23,489 nucleotides of DNA from the IMG/VR virus record IMGVR_UViG_2814123274_000001; one strand, 5' to 3'. Numbering within the stretch: the first letter of the stretch is position 1; each line of letters starts with the position of its first letter. Of the stretch, positions 17,091 to 23,489 are shown piece by piece. The translations under genes and the position numbers were made by a program. The DNA comes from an uncultured virus (IMG/VR IMGVR_UViG_2814123274_000001). Taxonomy: Duplodnaviria; Heunggongvirae; Uroviricota; Caudoviricetes. Below the pieces are notes generated by a model. That model saw only the letters and a list, made by a program, of their open reading frames with translations, ran no database searches and was not told the origin of the DNA.

Positions 17091-17531
17091 TTATTTTGCC
17101 GGCTTAAAGCGGCCAAACAGATTTCGGAATGTTGTGGACGAGTAGACGCCGGATTCCTCAAACTTGAATCCCCGTTTCATCCAGATTCCGTAGAATACCA
17201 ACGGCAATATCAGTTCCGCGGCCGCGACACCCGTCCGCACATACCGGTCGATCTTCTGCTCCCGAAGCTGACGCGCCTGATTTTCCTCCTCGCGGGTCCG
17301 GTCAGCATCCTTAGCGGCAAGTTCCTCCTCGCGCTGTCTGCTGTCCATTTCCCTCCGTTCAGATTTCTCCTCCACGTCAGCCCAAGCCTTGATCTCCTCG
17401 ATGCGGAGCTTATGCAGCGACACCAGATCCCGAATCGCGTCACCTCTCCGCTCATCCTCGACCGGCAAGGTCTTCAAGTTCGAGATCTCCGTTTCGATCA
17501 CCTCGTCCAACAAAGTTTTGATCTCTGCCAT
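17091..17531 (-). CDS. Coiled-coil protein with C-terminal TM segment
   Basis: AAAGGAG RBS; GVAAAELILPLVFYGIWMKRGFKFEE. Confidence 0.75.
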   Translation of the reverse strand: MAEIKTLLDEVIETEISNLKTLPVEDERRGDAIRDLVSLHKLRIEEIKAWADVEEKSERREMDSRQREEELAAKDADRTREEENQARQLREQKIDRYVRTGVAAAELILPLVFYGIWMKRGFKFEESGVYSSTTFRNLFGRFKPAK

Positions 17532-17580
17532 ATGCTTTATCTCCTTTCAAAATTTAGAGTTGGCTCCATAATAGCCGGTG

Positions 17581-17799
17581 TTATTCGTGCGGGATGAAGT
17601 CTTTGACTCTGACCCGGAACGCAACCCGCTTTTTACGGAGAATTGCGGATACGTCCGTATCCAGCTCCAAATATAAATGTGGCCCGTCCACCGGGTCTGA
17701 ATGGTCAACCCGTAAATCACCAACCGGACGGTCTTGAAACAGACGCATGCCAATCAAAATACCGATGCAAAGCGCTGCCATCACTGCGAAAATAACCAT
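17581..17799 (-). CDS. Small membrane-anchored protein
   Basis: GGAGGAG RBS; N-terminal TM then GDLRVDHSDPVDGPHLYLEL. Confidence 0.7.
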   Translation of the reverse strand: MVIFAVMAALCIGILIGMRLFQDRPVGDLRVDHSDPVDGPHLYLELDTDVSAILRKKRVAFRVRVKDFIPHE

Positions 17800-17921
17800 A
17801 AAAGCAACTCCTCCATTTGAACTGTTTTCTCAAATTTTCCTCCCGGGAATTTTTCAGGGTATCACTGTAACACGGTTTCCAGGCGGCTGCGTGCGGAAAA
17901 TGGAAAAAGCAAAGGGCCTGT

Positions 17922-18095
17922 TCAGCCCTTGCTTCTAGAGTTGAATTTCCATTTCAGCTCTTCTAGCTTTCTTGACGCCGTATTCCTGACCTCTGGAATG
18001 GACGCGAGTGCGACCGCCATCGTGACGGCGGGCACAATCACCTGTCCGATCCAAAGGCGCAGCTCCCGGCTTGCCTCAATCTGCTTGTAAGTCAT
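17922..18095 (-). CDS. 57-aa membrane protein MTYKQIEASRELRLWIGQVIVPAV... (absent from ORF track)
   Basis: GGAGGTGA RBS contributed by motif copy 18107-18136; followed by a terminator. Confidence 0.75.
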   Translation of the reverse strand: MTYKQIEASRELRLWIGQVIVPAVTMAVALASIPEVRNTASRKLEELKWKFNSRSKG

Positions 18096-18180
18096 AATGC
18101 TATCACCTCCATAAAGGCCGCTGCTGTTTCCGCGTAAATATAAAAGGAAAGAGCCCGCGTTTCCGCAGGCCCTTCGCCAA

Positions 18181-18423
18181 TCAGAATAAGGTCTTTCTCA
18201 ATTCGGTATGACTAAAAAGTTTGAAGTATCGACACGTCAGCGTGCTCGACTCAAATAAGTTTCCGTAATCTTCGGGTTTTACAACCACAATTCCGATACG
18301 ATGGTCATACTTGATTGTGTGGCCAGCTTTGTATAGGACTATGCATCGTTTCCCCTTATCTTTTCCTCGTGTGACTAAGCAAGTGTCTCCAATCTTCAAA
18401 TCGTCAAACTCTTGAATTGTCAT
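18181..18423 (-). CDS. KOW-motif / SH3-like small protein, AT-rich
   Basis: LKIGDTCLVTRGKDKGKRCIV resembles the uL24/NusG KOW motif. Confidence 0.6.
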   Translation of the reverse strand: MTIQEFDDLKIGDTCLVTRGKDKGKRCIVLYKAGHTIKYDHRIGIVVVKPEDYGNLFESSTLTCRYFKLFSHTELRKTLF

Positions 18424-18455
18424 AGAATTCGCCTCCTTTCCATAAAGGAGCCTGC

Positions 18456-18662
18456 CTATTCCGCGGATTTATCCTCATACACCACCCGTTTTCGGAGCGA
18501 ACTCCAGGGAACATACCGCTCCTTCCGGCAGACCGGGCACCAGAACTGGCTCGTTTTCCCGCCGATGTCTACCAGCTCACCAGAGTCGGCCTCCAGTTTA
18601 CTGCCGCAAATAGGGCAGTTGAAGCGGTAACACTGCCTGACCGCCACATCCACAATTCTCAA
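18456..18662 (-). CDS. Zn-ribbon protein
   Basis: TTG start at 18662 with AAGGAGG; CPIC...CPVC. Confidence 0.7.
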   Translation of the reverse strand: MRIVDVAVRQCYRFNCPICGSKLEADSGELVDIGGKTSQFWCPVCRKERYVPWSSLRKRVVYEDKSAE

Positions 18663-18664
18663 GC

Positions 18665-19087
18665 TCAGTCCCTCCTTTTGCTCAGCAGCCAGAAGAACCG
18701 TCTGTACGCGGCGTAATAGACGTCCCGGCAGCATGGAATATCATACTTCATCTTCAGCGCGTCATAGGAGAGCCCCTCCGTTACGCCCCGCAGCAGATAG
18801 GGGTAGAGGTCTGGGTCGGCCCCGATGGCCGCCTGCTCTACCATCTCCATACGCTCGGCGAAAAAGAGCCGGGACTGGGCGCACCGCTCCGTGGGGTCGC
18901 CCTTCATCTGGCCGCTCTTGACGAAGACCTGGAGATCGGCCGGACGCTTGCTCAGCCCGTCCAAAGAGCTGCGGGCCCTCTTCCAAATGGGGTATTGCAG
19001 GCAGAAGTGCTTCAGCTCATAGTAGCGGTGCTTGCCGATCCAGAATGGGTTCTTCTGGGACACCTCCGGGCGAATATCATGGGCCAT
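18665..19087 (-). CDS. Putative phage transcriptional regulator (RinA/ArpU-like)
   Basis: About 140 aa, GDPT motif, C-terminal HTH-like LSYDAL...RDVYYAAYRRFF. Confidence 0.5.
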   Translation of the reverse strand: MAHDIRPEVSQKNPFWIGKHRYYELKHFCLQYPIWKRARSSLDGLSKRPADLQVFVKSGQMKGDPTERCAQSRLFFAERMEMVEQAAIGADPDLYPYLLRGVTEGLSYDALKMKYDIPCCRDVYYAAYRRFFWLLSKRRD

Positions 19088-19338
19088 TATCGCCTCTCTC
19101 CTTTCCAAAAGTATCCGGTCTCCTCGTACAGCCGTTTTGGGGAGATGTAGAAATTGATCCTCCCATACCGGGAGTCCATCTCCTCAATGCTGGTCACCAA
19201 ATTGCCGCCGCGGGTGGCCTTGCCAATCGGCAGCCAGCCTGAGATAATGCCGGCTCTCACCCAGGACGCATCCTTTCCGTAGACTCTGGCGACCACAGCG
19301 ACCGGAACGGAGCCTGGATGAAATTCCTGTTCATTCAT
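19087..19338 (-). CDS. Excisionase-like / winged HTH DNA-binding protein
   Basis: VPVAVVARVYGKDASWVRAGIISGWLPIG...FYISP; AAAGGAGG RBS; upstream TTTACG-18-TAGAAT. Confidence 0.55.
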   Translation of the reverse strand: MNEQEFHPGSVPVAVVARVYGKDASWVRAGIISGWLPIGKATRGGNLVTSIEEMDSRYGRINFYISPKRLYEETGYFWKGERR

Positions 19339-19448
19339 CGGCGTCTACCTCCTTTCAACGGCTATTCTAAATTAGGGACCGCGTCTTCGTAAAAACAACC
19401 TCGGTGGAAAAAAGAGAAAGAGCCACCTGTTACGGCGGCTCCCGCTCT

Positions 19449-19643
19449 TTAGAATCTTCTTCCCGGATGCCAGATCATGAACAATTTCTTCGCTTTCTTC
19501 TTGAAACTGCTCCACCAGGCCGGTTCAAAGCTGGCGATGCACCATACGAAACCAGCAATTACACTGATCACATATACCACGCCGCACAGCTTGAGATAAC
19601 CGCCCCAGGTGATAGGCTTCTCGGTCCATTTCTGCTTGTTCAT
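19449..19643 (-). CDS. Small membrane protein (64 aa)
   Basis: AGGAGG RBS; KPITWGGYLKLCG then TM. Confidence 0.7.
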   Translation of the reverse strand: MNKQKWTEKPITWGGYLKLCGVVYVISVIAGFVWCIASFEPAWWSSFKKKAKKLFMIWHPGRRF

Positions 19644-19714
19644 AATATCTACCTCCTGATTTTGTTCTCCATAATAGGCGGTGCCGTTTGTGCGGAAAAG
19701 GGAGAGCCGCCGTA

Positions 19715-19903
19715 TCAGCGGCTCCTCCCGGCTTTTCGGAAGTCCACAAATATAATTTTGTCCGACTTCGGATGTGTCAGTTTCATCTTGACCATCTGAA
19801 ATTTCCTGTCCAGAACATTCGTCCACAGGGCAGCGCCCGCTGTTGATACCGCACCCACAATCACAAACGTTCCGATCGCGCTCAGAATTTTCCTGGTTTT
19901 CAC
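19715..19903 (-). CDS. Small membrane protein (62 aa)
   Basis: GTG at 19903, GGAGGTGA RBS from motif copy 19913-19942. Confidence 0.7.
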   Translation of the reverse strand: MKTRKILSAIGTFVIVGAVSTAGAALWTNVLDRKFQMVKMKLTHPKSDKIIFVDFRKAGRSR

Positions 19904-20058
19904 AACCGTCACCTCCATAAAGGGCGTTGCCGGAATTGCGGAGATTAACATTTTCGCAAAATACGCAAAAGCATTCATCGAATCGGTTTCCAAAGATGTG
20001 CAAAGCGACCTTGAAGCTGAGTCACGTCGCCGTCAACTACGAATCATAAACAACAATG

Positions 20059-20090
20059 AGAGGAAGCTCGGATAGGGCTTCCTCTTTTTT
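20059..20090 (+). terminator. Plus-strand intrinsic terminator
   Basis: AGAGGAAGCTC-GGATA-GGGCTTCCTCT then T-run. Confidence 0.65.
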
Positions 20091-20107
20091 ATAAAACGGG
20101 TCTTTAC

Positions 20108-20410
20108 TCAATCCTTAATCTCCTTTACCCGCCCTAATCTTTTAAGTTCATTCATGTGACGCTCCGCCACATCATCCCAGCAAAGCGTATTCCAGATAAA
20201 TAACCAAATTCCGTAAAACACTTTTAAACTTTCAACGCGCCACCATATGTTTATCACTTTTTCTGTAATTGGAGATTCGTCCATCCACCCAATGGGGGTG
20301 CTTTCTTCATCCAATTCAACATATCGAATCAATCGCAGACGCGTCATAATGTCACAGAGCCGGATTTGCTTTTCATTTAATGCCGCCATTTGAAAAGTTA
20401 TCTTTTTCAA
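20108..20410 (-). CDS. AT-rich hypothetical protein
   Basis: TTG start with GAAAGAGGGG RBS. Confidence 0.6.
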   Translation of the reverse strand: MKKITFQMAALNEKQIRLCDIMTRLRLIRYVELDEESTPIGWMDESPITEKVINIWWRVESLKVFYGIWLFIWNTLCWDDVAERHMNELKRLGRVKEIKD

Positions 20411-20446
20411 AGCGATGCCCCTCTTTCATCAAAATGAGAATAGAAA

Positions 20447-20554
20447 GAGAAGGAAATGGCTTCAGAGTCGTGCCCGCTTATTGCGTTGCCTACTCCGTAC
20501 CCGGCTTCGTAGCTTGCCGCTGGATTTCCACCAGCATCTATCCATTTTCTTCTC
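20447..20554 (-). ncRNA. Candidate structured non-coding RNA (about 110 nt)
   Basis: Closing stem GAGAAGAAAATGG / CCATTTCCTTCTC, internal hairpins, begins at motif copy 20552-20581. Confidence 0.5.
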
Positions 20555-20688
20555 CATAAAGGGATTTGCAAAATCTGCGGAAGACCTCAGAGCTCCGCTT
20601 TCTAACTTAGATTAGACCGGTCTATCTTAAGTTAAAGAGGGGGAGAGGGTAAAAGAAAGAGCCGCTGTAAGGGCGGCTCAATCCTTTG

Positions 20689-20925
20689 TCAAATATCCTT
20701 ACTCAGAAACACTTCGTTTCCACGTCTCCATACCTTGACCGAGCGCTTCGACCGCTTGATGGCCGCGGCCAGACAAGATCGGCAGACCGTTGGGGATTTG
20801 TAGCCGTCCTCGCCAAAATCCACTTTTACGATTTTCGCGTCTCCGTTTACAAATTCCTCAATCAAGTCTTGCAGCTTGTGATAGCCGCCCATCTATGGTA
20901 TCGCGTCAACCGGTATCAGTTTCAT
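20689..20925 (-). pseudogene. Small phage protein interrupted by an in-frame TAG at codon 11 (20893-20895); remainder is 20689-20892
   Basis: AAAGGAG RBS at ATG 20925: MKLIPVDAIP*MGGYHKLQDLIEEF; no RBS before the second ATG. Confidence 0.55.
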
Positions 20926-20945
20926 GATTACAAAACTCCTTTCGC

Positions 20946-21272
20946 TTATGGATACCTCCATAAAAGGAGCTGCGCTTTCTGCGAAAGCCACCGCAGCATG
21001 GTCATCTCGCAGGGATAGTCCTCAAACCCAATCGTCTCACAGGTAATCAGCCCCTCCAGCACGCCGATGATAACCTCCGCCTCATACTGCTTGTAAGGGA
21101 CCAGCAGCTCCGACAGTTCCCGGTGAACCGCCCCGCAGTGGACGCACCGAAACCGGCGCATAGGCACCCTGGCCGTCTCCCGCCCCTTCGTCCGTACCAG
21201 TCTCGGCACGCTGTCGTAGTATTTCAGCTCCCCGCCGCACTTAGGGCAGGTGGATTGGTCCCGCATCACCAT
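20946..21272 (-). CDS. DUF6431-like Zn-ribbon protein
   Basis: CPKCGGEL...RRFRCVHCGAVHREL...PYKQYEAEVI. Confidence 0.7.
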   Translation of the reverse strand: MVMRDQSTCPKCGGELKYYDSVPRLVRTKGRETARVPMRRFRCVHCGAVHRELSELLVPYKQYEAEVIIGVLEGLITCETIGFEDYPCEMTMLRWLSQKAQLLLWRYP

Positions 21273-21318
21273 AAGCCGCCCTCTATTCCAAGTTAAAAAA
21301 TATTGTATAGGAATATGC

Positions 21319-21364
21319 TTGACAATTCATACACTATCATATATGATTAGGACGGGCGGCGCAA
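21319..21364. promoter_or_regulatory. Two overlapping opposed sigma-A promoters: + TTGACA(21319)-17-TATGAT(21342); - TTGCGC(21364)-17-TATGAT(21341)
   Basis: Both -10 boxes are halves of the palindrome ATCATATATGAT. Confidence 0.7.
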
Positions 21365-21413
21365 GGGGCAAAAAAGAAAAGGAGCTGCTAAATCAGCAGC
21401 CCCTCTCCAAAGA

Positions 21414-21656
21414 TTACTTCTTTGCCATGGTAATCGACCATCGAACAACTTGATCGCTTGCGTTGTGTCCCCGTTGAATCAGCAATTCCCCCAGCTTACC
21501 TAAATCTCCGACTGCTAAATCGGTCGCGATATATGCGCCTTTCCGATTCTTACCGAAAATCGTATAAGTGACCGCTACACCAGCCATAAAGCAGGCAATG
21601 CCGATCATTTCATTTCTGCGGACTGCACAAACCTCTTTCAGCTTATCTTTGTTCAC
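21414..21656 (-). CDS. Small membrane protein
   Basis: GTG start with AAAGGGG RBS, downstream of motif copy 21682-21711. Confidence 0.6.
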   Translation of the reverse strand: MNKDKLKEVCAVRRNEMIGIACFMAGVAVTYTIFGKNRKGAYIATDLAVGDLGKLGELLIQRGHNASDQVVRWSITMAKK

Positions 21657-21721
21657 GATGATTCCCCTTTCAAAATTAGTCTTCCATAAAAGACGATGTT
21701 ATTTCAGCGAAAGGAGCCGCT

Positions 21722-21925
21722 ATGAAGAAACCGAAACATGTGAACCCCAAAATCTTTTTGCACAAAGTCTACACCGAAGAGGGCGGAGTAAAAGAGCATA
21801 ACAAAAATCAGCAGGCGGTTGGGGCGCTGAAACTCGCAGGAGCTGTCTTGATTGCGACCAAGCTCTTGCTGATGTTAGATAAAGTCGAGGGCCGCCCAAT
21901 CAAGGCACTCAAAGAGAGGCGGTGA
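21722..21925 (+). CDS. Hypothetical protein directly upstream of the integrase
   Basis: AAAGGAG RBS; stop overlaps or abuts the integrase start. Confidence 0.55.
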   Translation: MKKPKHVNPKIFLHKVYTEEGGVKEHNKNQQAVGALKLAGAVLIATKLLLMLDKVEGRPIKALKERR

Positions 21926-23163
21926 TCCGAATGCTAACCCAATGTCCAGAGTGCGAACTGCCGGTGAGCGACAAGGCAACCGCCTGTCCCCATTGCGGCT
22001 ACCCGCTGAAACCCTCTGAAAAACAGAAAAGACCCCGCAAATCCAACAAGCGTCGGCGACTGCCCAACGGCTTCGGTCAGATCAGCGAAATCAAAAACCG
22101 CAATTTAAGAAACCCCTTCCGGGCAATGGTAACAGTGGGGAAGACGCCGGACGGGAAACCAATCTGCAAACCGTTGAAACCGGAGTCCTACTTCGCCACC
22201 TATAACGACGCCTATGCCGCCCTGGTGGAATATAACAAGAACCCCTATGACCTGGAGCCGTCCATCACCATGCAGGAACTCTATGACAAATGGCTCCCGG
22301 AGTATGAGAAGACGGTGAAGAGCACCAAATCTGCCACCTCGGCCTGGGCCTACTGTTCCGGCGTTTATAAGATGCGGGTCATGGACATCCGTGCCCGCCA
22401 TGTAAAAGGATGCATGGAAGAGGGGGTGGCCGTCATCCGCGGCAAGGAACAGCACCCCACCGCCACCATGAAGAACCAGATCAAGTCCCTGTTCAACATG
22501 CTGCTGGACTACGCCCTGGAGTATGAGCTGGTGGACCGGAACTACTCCCGCACCTTCAACCTCACCGAAGAAACGGTCAAGGAGATCCAGTCGGTGAAAA
22601 AGGAGCATATCGCCTTCACCGACGAAGAGATGGACCTGCTCTGGGCCAATGCCAGCAGCAAGCAGGGCGTCGACATCCTGCTCATCCAATGTTATTCCGG
22701 TTGGCGTCCTCAGGAGCTCGGTTTACTGGAACTGAAAGATGTGGACTTGGAGAACTGGACCTTCCAGGGCGGCATGAAGACGGACGCCGGCGAGAACCGC
22801 GTCGTCCCCATCCACTCCCGCATTCAAGACCTAGTACTCCGAAAATATCAGGAGGCGGAGGCACTGGGCAGCCCCTATCTGCTCAACTGGGCCGACCCCA
22901 ATAACCGCAACCGGAAAAATCTCAAGCTGACTTATGCCCGGTATCAGAAAGCATTCGAGCGCATCCGGGACGAGCTGAAGCTGAACCCCAACCACCGCCC
23001 ACACGACGGCCGTACCCACTTTGTCACGATGGCCAAGCGCTACGGCGTGGACGAGTACGCCATCAAGTACATGGTGGGACACAAGATCTCCGACATAACG
23101 GAAAAAGTCTACACCCGCCGGGAGTTTGCCTGGCTCCGGGAAGAGATCGAGAAAATAAAATAG
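21922..23163 (+). CDS. int: Tyrosine recombinase / phage integrase with N-terminal Zn ribbon (start 21922 GTG or 21931 ATG)
   Basis: CPEC/CPHC; RRRLPNGFGQI arm-binding-like segment; catalytic R (SGWRPQEL), K (MKT), HDGR, VGH, VYT. Confidence 0.92.
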   Translation: MIRMLTQCPECELPVSDKATACPHCGYPLKPSEKQKRPRKSNKRRRLPNGFGQISEIKNRNLRNPFRAMVTVGKTPDGKPICKPLKPESYFATYNDAYAALVEYNKNPYDLEPSITMQELYDKWLPEYEKTVKSTKSATSAWAYCSGVYKMRVMDIRARHVKGCMEEGVAVIRGKEQHPTATMKNQIKSLFNMLLDYALEYELVDRNYSRTFNLTEETVKEIQSVKKEHIAFTDEEMDLLWANASSKQGVDILLIQCYSGWRPQELGLLELKDVDLENWTFQGGMKTDAGENRVVPIHSRIQDLVLRKYQEAEALGSPYLLNWADPNNRNRKNLKLTYARYQKAFERIRDELKLNPNHRPHDGRTHFVTMAKRYGVDEYAIKYMVGHKISDITEKVYTRREFAWLREEIEKIK

Positions 23164-23175
23164 TGTGAGTATGAC

Positions 23176-23204
23176 TTGCGCGCCACAATATTTTGTGGTA
23201 TGCT
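23176..23204 (+). promoter_or_regulatory. Sigma-A-like promoter TTGCGC-17-TATGCT with a palindromic spacer
   Basis: Hexamers at 17 bp, extended -10 TG, CCACAA-TATT-TTGTGG inverted repeat. Confidence 0.55.
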
Positions 23205-23288
23205 GCTCGACAAAAAAAGAGATACCTCGTATATGGAGAACCGGACTGGTATGGAGGAACACTATTAAGCCAGAAAGAAGGCGCTTCC

Positions 23289-23489
23289 ATGGCCAGATTG
23301 ACCAATGAGCAAATTCGGAATATGCCGATTGACGAAGCCGACGCATATACCGATGCTCATCCCGCTGAAGCATGGAGTTTTGCCAAAGCTCACGGTGCTT
23401 CCGCTATTGCACAGACAAAGAAAGCGGCAAAGCATGGCTCCAAGACCAAGGTTCTATTTGCAGAACCGGAAACAATCGAACTTGCCTGA
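23289..23489 (+). CDS. Small hypothetical protein (66 aa)
   Basis: ATG at 23289 after GAAAGAAGG; upstream promoter. Confidence 0.5.
   Translation: MARLTNEQIRNMPIDEADAYTDAHPAEAWSFAKAHGASAIAQTKKAAKHGSKTKVLFAEPETIELA

Larger units (their letters stand above)
10332..21408 (-). terminator. Series of minus-strand intrinsic terminators at about 10332-10370, 11857-11888, 14796-14828, 15109-15141, 15716-15749, 16008-16043, 16745-16773, 17035-17070, 17904-17932, 18142-18174, 19408-19449, 19696-19729, 20651-20679, 21370-21408
   Basis: GC hairpins followed by U-tracts on the minus strand; many + strand mismatches read as G-U pairs on the minus strand. Confidence 0.75.
10711..21711 (-). promoter_or_regulatory. 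16 copies of a 30-bp motif, minus-strand core CGC-N8-CA-N7-TTAYG (probable phage-specific promoter): 10711-10740, 12080-12109, 14764-14793, 15074-15103, 15323-15352, 15967-15996, 16461-16490, 17004-17033, 17564-17593, 18107-18136, 18438-18467, 19667-19696, 19913-19942, 20552-20581, 20956-20985, 21682-21711
   Basis: Manual alignment: invariant + strand CRTAA-N7-TG-N8-GCG with identical spacing, same orientation, always just upstream of a minus-strand gene or RNA. Confidence 0.85.
1..23163. mobile_element. Temperate phage / prophage replication, early-gene and integrase region (continues left of the window; right boundary not identified)
   Basis: Co-oriented dense small ORFs, phage SSB, helicase-primase-PolB, BRO-N and Xis-like genes, terminal tyrosine integrase. 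Confidence 0.9.

Noticed and set aside
20447..20554. Assignment of the structured RNA as a hammerhead, HDV-like/theta or twister ribozyme
   Set aside because: Could not find CUGAUGA/GAAA cores or a convincing nested double pseudoknot by eye
20893..20895. Genome-wide TAG recoding
   Set aside because: TAG acts as an apparent true stop at 15751, 18456 and 23161; long genes have no internal TAG; no suppressor tRNA seen
10711..21711. Repeats as a CRISPR array or classical integron attC sites
   Set aside because: Spacing is irregular and gene-sized, only three short blocks are conserved, no RYYYAAC/GTTRRRY palindromic structure, no cas genes, and the integrase looks like a prophage Int
23164..23288. 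attL/attR site after the integrase
   Set aside because: No tRNA 3' end or partner repeat visible within the window; cannot be assigned

Overview
The window is the replication and early/middle-gene arm of a temperate tailed phage (probably a prophage). The host is inferred to be a GC-rich Clostridia-type Firmicute from the strong AAAGGAG/GGAGG Shine-Dalgarno sites and sigma-A-like promoters. Almost all genes are on the minus strand: a phage ssDNA-binding protein, a 1400-aa fused SF3 helicase / primase / family-B DNA polymerase, a SleB-type cell-wall hydrolase, three DUF6353-like paralogs, a BRO-N protein and about 40 small ORFs. A divergent Zn-ribbon tyrosine integrase lies at the right end. 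The most striking non-coding structure is a 30-bp fixed-spacing motif (minus strand CGC-N8-CA-N7-TTAYG, usually followed by GAG) present 16 times between 10.7 and 21.7 kb. It often follows an intrinsic terminator and precedes a gene or RNA, dividing the region into promoter-gene-terminator cassettes. Two copies lead directly into non-coding RNAs: a degenerate tRNA-like RNA and a roughly 110-nt structured RNA. Other points: a stand-alone protein resembling part of a phage RNA polymerase, an in-frame internal start in the replicase, and overlapping opposed sigma-A promoters on a palindromic -10. Family assignments come from motif recognition by eye; no database search was run.
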